Shown here: one piece after another, positions 7,726-14,023 of the stretch
How the letters are laid out: each line of letters starts with the position of its first letter
Position numbering within the stretch: position 1 is the first letter of the stretch
Origin: Parcubacteria group bacterium
Lineage (GTDB): Bacteria > Patescibacteriota > Minisyncoccia > Phycocordibacterales > DATDWN01
Reading direction: 5' to 3'
Assembly (NCBI GenBank): GCA_038327915.1
Contig: JBBQLO010000005.1
Coordinates: 1 to 24,000 of the forward strand
DNA length: 24,000 nucleotides
The notes under the pieces: generated by a model
Database searches by the model: none
Told to the model about the DNA's origin: nothing
The model's input: the letters and a program-made list of their open reading frames with translations, nothing else
Translations under genes and position numbers: made by a program

Positions 7726-8160
7726 CTATAGCCTCATAGAGACTTTCAATAATACTTTAAAATAAGAGCGTCTGTTTCGCTTTTTTAAGCTCATCAGTCG
7801 GAGTACACACTCCGAGACAGATGGGGTGTTTGTAGCACCTCCAGTTTTGGAAACAGCAGTTGGACTGTTTCCTGTAAACATGGTCACGTCGTCCCACCAA
7901 CTTGTGGAAAGAACTATAGCCCAATGCTTTTGATAACAACACGGGCTTTTTTTCCAGACGCACTCGTGAGCACACTGCCCCACGCCAGTGGGTTGTGTCG
8001 TGCCGGGTGCTGGTCGCAGTGAGCTGGATCCGAACACCCACCATTCAGGCCTGGTGGGTGCTGTTCCTTGACCGAGGTACTGCGCCATGTAGCCAGCCTC
8101 TTTCAAAGCCTCCACAATTTTTTCGGCATTTGTATGCCGGACCCTAATTTTTCTTGTCAC
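7726..8160 (-). CDS. Questionable 144-aa ORF with GTG start; the N-terminal part is plausible, the C-terminal part reads through a non-coding repeat and the hammerhead
   Basis: GTGA start/stop overlap with the upstream 57-aa ORF. However, residues from about 80 onward cover the repeat at 7845-7916 (out of frame relative to its other copy) and the ribozyme. Confidence 0.3.
   Translation of the reverse strand: MTRKIRVRHTNAEKIVEALKEAGYMAQYLGQGTAPTRPEWWVFGSSSLRPAPGTTQPTGVGQCAHECVWKKSPCCYQKHWAIVLSTSWWDDVTMFTGNSPTAVSKTGGATNTPSVSECVLRLMSLKKRNRRSYFKVLLKVSMRL
7771..7821 (-). ncRNA. Type III hammerhead self-cleaving ribozyme
   Basis: Minus strand reads UCUGUC|UCGGAGU-GUGU-ACUCCGA-CUGAUGA-GCUU-AAAA-AAGC-GAA-ACAGA. 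Full core present (C3-A9, G12-A14, A15.1:U16.1, C17). Stem I is 7 bp, stem II is 4 bp starting G10.1:C11.1, and stem III is 5 bp and open. Predicted cleavage lies between 7816 and 7815. Confidence 0.85.
7845..7916 (-). repeat. 3' module, copy 1: TAGTTCTYY...GTTGG...hairpin GGAAACAG/CTGTTTCC...ACTGGAGG
   Basis: About 70 nt alignable with 10405-10476. Confidence 0.6.
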
Positions 8161-8330
8161 TTTCTCTTTCCTAGGGGCAGTAATACCCCCTTGCCAATCC
8201 CTGCCAATATAAAAGCGATTGAGGCGAAGAGAATTCCTTCACCCACATTGACGGGTTGCCCCATCAATTTTTCTCCAATTAGGTATCCTGCGGTTAAGCA
8301 GGAAAAAATAGCTAACAAAAAAATTCTCAT
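8157..8330 (-). CDS. Small two-helix membrane protein, 57 aa
   Basis: ATG at 8330 preceded by CUCUGGGAGGGGUGUAGG. Two hydrophobic segments. The stop overlaps the next GTG start. Confidence 0.5.
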   Translation of the reverse strand: MRIFLLAIFSCLTAGYLIGEKLMGQPVNVGEGILFASIAFILAGIGKGVLLPLGKRK

Positions 8331-8450
8331 CCTACACCCCTCCCAGAGGTTGTTTGCGTATGCCCGCCGGCAAATCATTCCGCACCATTTAACCATCTTG
8401 TGTTATCAACACACAGATGACGAAGTGGTTGGGAAGGGGGAAGTGCACAG
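8331..8450 (-). promoter_or_regulatory. Structured 5' leader, copy C (divergent paralog of copies A and B)
   Basis: Shares five elements with A/B: CCCCCUUCC anti-SD, a variable hairpin, GGUGCG, a hairpin with GGCG loop (UGCC/GGCA), and GCAAACAACCUCUGGGAGGGG followed by AUG. Confidence 0.5.
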
Positions 8451-8524
8451 TAACATGTAAATGTGACCGAGTACCTCCCCCAGTAAAGAACATCTGGTGT
8501 ATGTCTACTGACAACACCAGCAGT

Positions 8525-8552
8525 GAGATGGTGACCGGTACCATCTCTTTTT
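8525..8552 (+). terminator. Plus-strand intrinsic-terminator-like hairpin inside the minus-strand island
   Basis: gagatggt-gaccgg-taccatctc followed by ttttt. The T-run is on the plus strand only. Confidence 0.4.
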
Positions 8553-8622
8553 GTACACATACTCTCCACTTCGGTCCTTCGGGAGAGATACGTTTCAGTG
8601 GGTAACGTATAACCAGGGAGAA

Positions 8623-8964
8623 CTAGGAAATTTTAGCGAGCTTTGCTGCCTCCGTCTTTTTTTTAGCGTAATCCTTTGCCCAGGACAGGGCAACATCAAG
8701 GTGGGGGCCCTTGACCGAGGTCATATCGACCCCGGCCACCTCTATTTCCATGTATTCCACCCACCTCCACTTCCTAGAATAGAAGTAGAGGGAGATTGGC
8801 TTCCCACCAATCTCTCCTACAATCTCCTCTATTTCCCGTTCGCCCCCATCCTTGGGGGCGAGCATGTCCTGAATCTTTTCTTTTTTTAATTTCCACCAAA
8901 TAAAAACAAGAAACAGCATATAGCCTATAATCATCACAATTCTGACATAAATTTCAAACAGCAT
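8623..8964 (-). CDS. Hypothetical protein, 113 aa, with an N-terminal TM helix
   Basis: ATG lies 6 nt after GGGAGGGGGCG of leader A. Hydrophobic N-terminus and charged C-terminal domain. Confidence 0.5.
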   Translation of the reverse strand: MLFEIYVRIVMIIGYMLFLVFIWWKLKKEKIQDMLAPKDGGEREIEEIVGEIGGKPISLYFYSRKWRWVEYMEIEVAGVDMTSVKGPHLDVALSWAKDYAKKKTEAAKLAKIS

Positions 8965-9134
8965 ATTACGCCCCCTCCCAGAGGCTTTTGCACATTGGTC
9001 TGCCGACCAGTCTCAATTTCAAGCTTTCACTTTGGCTGAGACCACGCACCGACTTCTGATCAACTCACGATGTATGTGTTTTTCAACATATACATCCGAA
9101 GCTGAATAAGAAGGAGGACTCTGGTAATTAAACC
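8965..9134 (-). promoter_or_regulatory. Structured 5' leader, copy A
   Basis: The 82-nt block 8969-9050 differs at only 3 positions from 10256-10337. It is followed by a 50-nt variable hairpin insert (9051-9100), then a second shared block from 9101. Confidence 0.6.
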
Positions 9135-9287
9135 ATTGTCATCCGATAAACAACGCAGATTTTGTATAATGGGTATCTGCTGACCCATCCGTATTTTTCC
9201 TATTAGGAAATACGGAACCTGAAAGAACTTTGAGGCAGAGAGTCAGGCTCTGTCTCAATTACGATGTCCCGCTGACTCGGGATGAAA

Positions 9288-10130
9288 CTACTTCTGAATG
9301 AGTAACGTGGGGAGGACGCCCTCTTCCCAATCAGGTTTTTTGTACTTGATCGGGGTAACTCTGTAGGCGTTCTTGTAGAGATCAAGGTACACCCCTTTGT
9401 GCATCGGCTTTTCAGCCGATGGGGTGAATGTCAAACTCCACTGGTTTGTAGCCAGTTTGGTCACCTCGAGGGAATTTCCGCTCGTGGCGGATTTAAAAAA
9501 AAGTTGACTGATGTCCTCCTCATCGAAAGCCTCCCAACCTCCGAAGCTTCCTCGGTTTTCGACTGGGATTCCCGTTCTCCCAGCTTCCAAATTCACGCGC
9601 CGTCCACCACAACTCTGACTTGCGACGTGTGCTTGGAGTGGGTTCACCCCCGGCACATACTCGAGTTGATTCGTGAGTGTGTTTGCGATGTTTGCGACTG
9701 CACTCCACGAAATAATTTTTTCCGGCAGAGGCTTGAGCGCCTGCCCAAGCTCTCCTGCAAAAAGCAGCACCAGCTTCTCTGCCCGAGTTCCGAGGTACGA
9801 ACCTTGTTTCCTAATCCACGGTTTGAAAATCTCGTGGTTTGAGTGGCTTAAACCTTTAAGCCGTTTGATCAATTTATTTCTCACCACCGAGTCACCGGTT
9901 AGTGCGATCATCCGACCATAGTCGGAGGTCTTGTCCCGACCATATGTCTCAATTTCTTCGGCAACAGCAACTGCTGCCACCAAATACCAGCCAATGTCTT
10001 CTATCCCGATCTGGTTTTCTTTCGGTCTTTGTGCGGCAGCTCGGAGAGCCTGCACGAGCATACTGCCCGTGCCAATCTCTCTTTTTTCTACTATCTGGCA
10101 CATAAGTGCCTTCGAATTTTCTACAATCAT
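9288..10130 (-). CDS. Orphan protein, 280 aa, family not recognised
   Basis: Clear coding periodicity with GC-rich codons. AAGGAGA SD lies 5 nt before the ATG at 10130, which I prefer over the track start at 10160. Confidence 0.7.
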   Translation of the reverse strand: MIVENSKALMCQIVEKREIGTGSMLVQALRAAAQRPKENQIGIEDIGWYLVAAVAVAEEIETYGRDKTSDYGRMIALTGDSVVRNKLIKRLKGLSHSNHEIFKPWIRKQGSYLGTRAEKLVLLFAGELGQALKPLPEKIISWSAVANIANTLTNQLEYVPGVNPLQAHVASQSCGGRRVNLEAGRTGIPVENRGSFGGWEAFDEEDISQLFFKSATSGNSLEVTKLATNQWSLTFTPSAEKPMHKGVYLDLYKNAYRVTPIKYKKPDWEEGVLPTLLIQK

Positions 10131-10253
10131 TGCTGTCTCCTTAGCCCCACTCGCCAGCAATAACGAGGGGGTCTGTTTTGGATTTTGATTGAGACTTGCG
10201 CCTCTTGTTAATAAAAAAATATTTCAATCAACAAGAGACGCGAGTTCAAAATA

Positions 10254-10403
10254 TCCGCCCCCTCCCAGAGGCTTTTGCACATTGGTCTGCCGACCAGTCT
10301 CAATTTCAAGCCTTCGCTTTGGTTGAGACCACGCACCTTATTCCTATCAGCTTTCGAATTAATTCGTTAGCTGAATAAGAAGGGGGACTCGGTAGTGAAC
10401 CGT
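10254..10403 (-). promoter_or_regulatory. Structured 5' leader, copy B; its cognate start codon is lost
   Basis: Same blocks as copy A, with a 32-nt variable insert (10338-10369). ATT replaces the ATG seen in copy A. Followed by a possible 13-codon TTG uORF (10208-10249) and a 12-bp hairpin (10198-10241). Confidence 0.6.
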
Positions 10404-10404
10404 G

Positions 10405-10476
10405 TCCCCCAGTTTGGAAACAGTGGTTGGACTGTTTTCTGAAAACTACTCCTGCCAACTCAGAAAAAGAACTACC
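10405..10476 (-). repeat. 3' module, copy 2
   Basis: Begins at the TAG stop of the 64-aa ORF. Contains hairpin GAAAACAG/CTGTTTCC and then ACTGGGGGA. Confidence 0.6.
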
Positions 10477-10666
10477 TCCCGAAAAAGAACTTTCTTACTG
10501 TCGGTGTCATCCACCAGCAGCATCTCAGTTCCCACTCTGAATAATCTAGGAGGGCCTCCTCCACCTCTGCCTGGTTTTGATAGCCGTCCACTAAGGGCGG
10601 CCCTCCAAGACATTCTGGTCGCCCATATCTCCACCCTTCTTTTAACATACTAATAAACATCTTCAT
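10472..10666 (-). CDS. Small hypothetical protein, 64 aa
   Basis: ATG preceded by GAGGAAAGAGGAAAAAA. The SD can pair with an upstream CCUCG segment. Confidence 0.4.
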   Translation of the reverse strand: MKMFISMLKEGWRYGRPECLGGPPLVDGYQNQAEVEEALLDYSEWELRCCWWMTPTVRKFFFGR

Positions 10667-10936
10667 TTTTTCCTCTTTCCTCGACTTAACCCCCGAGGTG
10701 GGTTTTTGAATTTCAGGGATTTTGCAACCCCTCTTTCCAGCACTAACAAAACTTACGCGATCCTAATGCTGGAGAAGAGGAATAACACTGTGGTTATCTT
10801 TTACAGAAATTTTTTCCACGTTATCCTTACTTCTCTATGATCACCCTTCCTATCCGCAGATATTCCAGATAATTTTTGTCAGTGAACTTTCAACTCTCTT
10901 TTTATTGAGAGAAGTGGAGAGGCGACTTTGTATAAT

Positions 10937-10965
10937 AATTTAGTTCGCGTCCACACTTCCTTCAA
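10937..10965 (-). promoter_or_regulatory. Candidate sigma70 promoter for the island's minus-strand transcript
   Basis: On the minus strand: TTGAAG (10965-10960), 17-nt spacer, TAAATT (10942-10937). Confidence 0.3.
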
Positions 10966-11287
10966 TAAGTTATTTGGCCTATTGTGATAAAACAAAACAG
11001 GCGACGAGCTCTTTGAGGGAGCCAATCGCCTGCTTTCTACGATATATCGTAATGCAAGTGTTGGTTGTTTGGTGTTCTAAACATAAAGTATCCCGGCGAG
11101 TATTGCTGTTGGTATCAGCGGGGTACGATATGTTGGGCACCAAGACTCTCTCCTCTAAAGATTGTCTTAAATGTTTTTTTTTAAGTACTTTGTTTTATCT
11201 TGAAAATTCTCATCTCCTTTAATAATATAATCATATCATACTATATTAAAACTGTCAAATACTTTTCTATTTACTTTTTTTAATACT

Positions 11288-11316
11288 AAAAAAAGCCTTA
11301 CGTAAAGCCATTTTTT
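11288..11316. terminator. Weak bidirectional terminator-like element
   Basis: A-run, imperfect palindrome gccttacgtaaagc, then T-run. Lies downstream of the minus-strand gene that ends at 11413. Confidence 0.3.
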
Positions 11317-11412
11317 AGTATCATTTATAAAAGAGGAAGTTTTTGGATATTCACATCTCATCTTCATATTCGATTTGGTATGCTCAGTTTGGAACTTTCA
11401 TATTGAGATGTG

Positions 11413-11868
11413 CTAAAATCCAAAATATATAAGCAATTTCTCAAGGAGTGGCTCGGTGTGCTGCACTTCTGGCAGGTGATCTGATAAAAAAAGATGAATA
11501 TGTTCAGCATTTCCGTTGCCCATGAGCACGACGATGTATGGAGAAAGCTTTTTTTCAGATTTAAAAAATACTCGAGGATATTGATCTTGTGTCTCAACCC
11601 AGAATGACTGCAGATTTGTGTAAGGGTAGTATGTCTTGTTTATCTGGACACCGAGGCGTGTGAGTTTGATGTCTATTATTTGAGGTTTGCGGGTAGCGTA
11701 TAAAGTGAGAACGCTCGCAGATACTACCACTAATAATCCAAAAATAAGATTGTTTAAAATTATGGCGATAAGGGCGATAGAAAGAGTTACCGCTCCCACA
11801 ATCCAATACCAGTCGGTGTTTTTCTCGGTGTGAATATATTCATGTGTTTGCCAGGAGAGTGTTTCCAT
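11413..11868 (-). CDS. Two-helix membrane protein, 151 aa, unknown function
   Basis: Hydrophobic hairpin WYWIVGAVTLSIALIAIILNNLIFGLLVVVSASVLTLY. I prefer the start at METLSW. Confidence 0.6.
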   Translation of the reverse strand: METLSWQTHEYIHTEKNTDWYWIVGAVTLSIALIAIILNNLIFGLLVVVSASVLTLYATRKPQIIDIKLTRLGVQINKTYYPYTNLQSFWVETQDQYPRVFFKSEKKLSPYIVVLMGNGNAEHIHLFLSDHLPEVQHTEPLLEKLLIYFGF

Positions 11869-11999
11869 GTGTAGAGTATAGCACTGAATAAAGTGCATAC
11901 CAATTTCTGATTGCGTTAGTTCAGAGTAACCCAATTGTGAGGGGCTGTACAAATATACTAAAAAATGCTAGAACTAAAAGGCAAAACCGTTTTAATACA

Positions 12000-12464
12000 A
12001 TGAAACCAAAAACAGAAAAAAAAATAATTCAGGTATTGTCAGGGGTCCTTTTTTTTATGATTCTTTGTCTTGGTTTATTCTTAGATCTCCATAGAGATCA
12101 AGTTTATGCAGCAGTTTACTCTGCCAGACTTATTAAGCGTCCAGAGCCATTTACCGAAATGTATTTCAACAACTACACTGCTTTCCCCAAGCAGAGTGTC
12201 TCAGGCATGAGGTTTTCTTATTCCTTTACGATCCACAACATGGAAGTTGCGACATCTGCATATCAGTACTCGACATATTTCGAGTATCCAAACGGTTTTA
12301 AAGTAGGTATGGGGGAAGGAACAATCACACTTCATTCTCTCGAATATTATGTTGCAACCACTACATACACGTTCAAAAATTCAAATTTGCACGGGAAGGT
12401 TGTGGTAGATCTTTTAGGACGTGATCAGCATATAGATTTTTTACTTCCCGATGTAAATCAATAA
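12000..12464 (+). CDS. Membrane-anchored hypothetical protein, 154 aa, first gene of the glycan cluster
   Basis: N-terminal TM helix then a beta-rich domain. I prefer the start at MKPKTEKK. Confidence 0.6.
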   Translation: MKPKTEKKIIQVLSGVLFFMILCLGLFLDLHRDQVYAAVYSARLIKRPEPFTEMYFNNYTAFPKQSVSGMRFSYSFTIHNMEVATSAYQYSTYFEYPNGFKVGMGEGTITLHSLEYYVATTTYTFKNSNLHGKVVVDLLGRDQHIDFLLPDVNQ

Positions 12465-12475
12465 TTATATATTTA

Positions 12476-13276
12476 ATGACGTATATGTATGGCAAAAAAA
12501 TCACAGTGCTTATCCCTTGTTATAACGAAGAAGAGGGCATTGCGAATGTGATCAAGAGTTTTCCAAAAGAAAAATTGTTTGAGCAGGGTTTTTCTCTCGA
12601 AATAATTGTTATTGACAATAATTCAAAAGATAAAACTTCAGAAATAGCCCACTCGCTAGGAGCGTTAGTTATACACGAGCCAAAAAGTGGTAAAGGTAAT
12701 GCACTCCGCCACGGCTTCCAATTAATTTCAGAAGATACAGATTATGTTGTGATGCTTGACGGGGACAATACATACCGTCCAGAAGAAATACTTCGTCTCA
12801 TAGAGCCGATTCATTCTGGTTTTTGTGATGTTGTTATTGGGTCGCGTCTCGGTGGACGTATTACCGAGGGATCAATGAGTGCTCTGAACAGGGCAGGCAA
12901 TTGGATATATTCGCATCTTGTTCGATATTTTTATGGGGTCAACGTGACTGATGTATTAACGGGGTACTATGCGTGGAGAAAAGATGCTCTCGAACGACTC
13001 CGGCCTCATCTTTATTCAGAGGGATTTACTATTGAGATGGAAATGGTCACTAAAATGGCACAACTCGGGGAGGAAATATACTGCGTACCTATTAGCTATG
13101 ACACTCGAGCCGGACATACCAATTTAAGCCCATTGCATGATGGTGTGCGAATTTTATGGGTATTGATTAAAAATATGTTTTGGAGACCAGTGGACATACC
13201 TGGGTATGTTTCGAATCATTCGGGAGAGTCACTCCATAAACAGTCAAAAGGAAGTAATGTTTTTATAACTAAATAA
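12476..13276 (+). CDS. GT2-family glycosyltransferase (polyprenyl-phosphate sugar transferase-like)
   Basis: Motifs VLIPCYNEEEGI, VIDNNSKDKT, GKGNALRHG and MLDGDNTY. Confidence 0.85.
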   Translation: MTYMYGKKITVLIPCYNEEEGIANVIKSFPKEKLFEQGFSLEIIVIDNNSKDKTSEIAHSLGALVIHEPKSGKGNALRHGFQLISEDTDYVVMLDGDNTYRPEEILRLIEPIHSGFCDVVIGSRLGGRITEGSMSALNRAGNWIYSHLVRYFYGVNVTDVLTGYYAWRKDALERLRPHLYSEGFTIEMEMVTKMAQLGEEIYCVPISYDTRAGHTNLSPLHDGVRILWVLIKNMFWRPVDIPGYVSNHSGESLHKQSKGSNVFITK

Positions 13277-13281
13277 AATAT

Positions 13282-14007
13282 ATGAAACTCTCTGTTGTCA
13301 TCCCAGCTCTGAATGAAGAATCGGGAATTAAAGCTACTATTGAGCAGATACCTATACGAGCATTGGAAGCAATGGGTTTTTCTGTTGAAATTATTGTTTC
13401 TGACAATGGATCTACCGACAAGACGGCAGAAATATCTAGAAAAGCTGGCGCTACGGTAGTGCACCAGCCTCTTCAGGGGTACGGTAACGCATATCGTGCT
13501 GGATTTGAATATGCAAGCGGAGATATTATCGCCACAGGGGATGCTGACATGACATACCCTTTTGACATGTTGCCAGAGCTTTTAAAAGAAATGAAAAAGA
13601 ATGAATATGATTTCGTCAGTACGGATCGTTTGGGAACTTTGGATTCAGGGGTTATGACTTTCTTTCACGTCTTTGGAAACTGGATGTTGAGCACTGCTAC
13701 ACGAATACTTTTTAACTGGCCATTTAGTGATTCTCAGTCTGGAATGTGGATTTTTAAACGTACAATATTGAAACACCTCGACCTTTATTCGGAGGGGATG
13801 CCTTTTTCTCAGGAGTTAAAAATCGAGGCATATAGAAAAGGTTTTAAATGCGGAGAGTTTCCTATTGAGTATAGGGCTCGTATTGGAGAAGTAAAGCTCA
13901 ATACTATTCGTGATGGTATGGGCAATATCACACAGCTTATAAAAATGAAATTCAATCAGAAACAAAAAAGAAAAAACAGTTTTTTTTCGGAAACGATACA
14001 GAATTAA
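13282..14007 (+). CDS. GT2-family glycosyltransferase
   Basis: Motifs VVIPALNEESGI, VSDNGSTDKT, GYGNAYRAG and GDADMTYP. Confidence 0.85.
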   Translation: MKLSVVIPALNEESGIKATIEQIPIRALEAMGFSVEIIVSDNGSTDKTAEISRKAGATVVHQPLQGYGNAYRAGFEYASGDIIATGDADMTYPFDMLPELLKEMKKNEYDFVSTDRLGTLDSGVMTFFHVFGNWMLSTATRILFNWPFSDSQSGMWIFKRTILKHLDLYSEGMPFSQELKIEAYRKGFKCGEFPIEYRARIGEVKLNTIRDGMGNITQLIKMKFNQKQKRKNSFFSETIQN

Positions 14008-14023
14008 ACATAAAGAACTAAAT

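Larger units (their letters stand above)
7726..10970 (-). mobile_element. GC-rich foreign island next to the tRNA: orphan ORFs with repeated structured RNA modules; no recombinase seen
   Basis: Sharp compositional shift relative to both flanks. Minus-strand ORFs carry strong SDs, unlike host genes. Internal repeat families. Lies about 430 nt from the tRNA 3' end. Confidence 0.4.

Noticed and set aside
8969-9010. Resemblance of the leader 3' end (CCAAUG..AAGCC..GGGAGGGGGCGG) to a twister ribozyme I recalled from memory, and of GCAAAAGCC to the c-di-GMP-I riboswitch
   Set aside because: The short shared strings are not embedded in the required helices. There is no P4 stem around AAGC, no UAA cleavage context and no matching P1. 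I treat this as coincidence unless a covariance-model search says otherwise.
8068-10188. Plus-strand ORFs inside the island (8068-8460, 8551-8889, 9399-9842, 9673-9921, 9931-10188)
   Set aside because: They are antisense shadows of better minus-strand ORFs in GC-rich DNA. Their composition is not protein-like, and they cross the repeat elements.
8969-10337. The 82-nt A/B repeat pair as template and variable repeats of a diversity-generating retroelement
   Set aside because: The three differences are mixed transitions (T/C, A/G, C/T) rather than adenine-specific. The repeats are 5' of start codons rather than in a C-terminal coding region. No reverse transcriptase is present.
8331-10403. The repeats as integron attC sites in a cassette array
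   Set aside because: I could not find RYYYAAC/GTTRRRY core sites at the repeat ends. The repeats include the SD and start codon, so they are 5' leaders rather than 3' recombination sites. No IntI gene is in the window.
10700-11400. Search for a second copy of the tRNA 3' end (ggttcgattcctgtcgagagca) that would mark the far att site of the island
   Set aside because: I found no match of 10 nt or more by eye in this interval. The island boundaries therefore remain defined only by composition.
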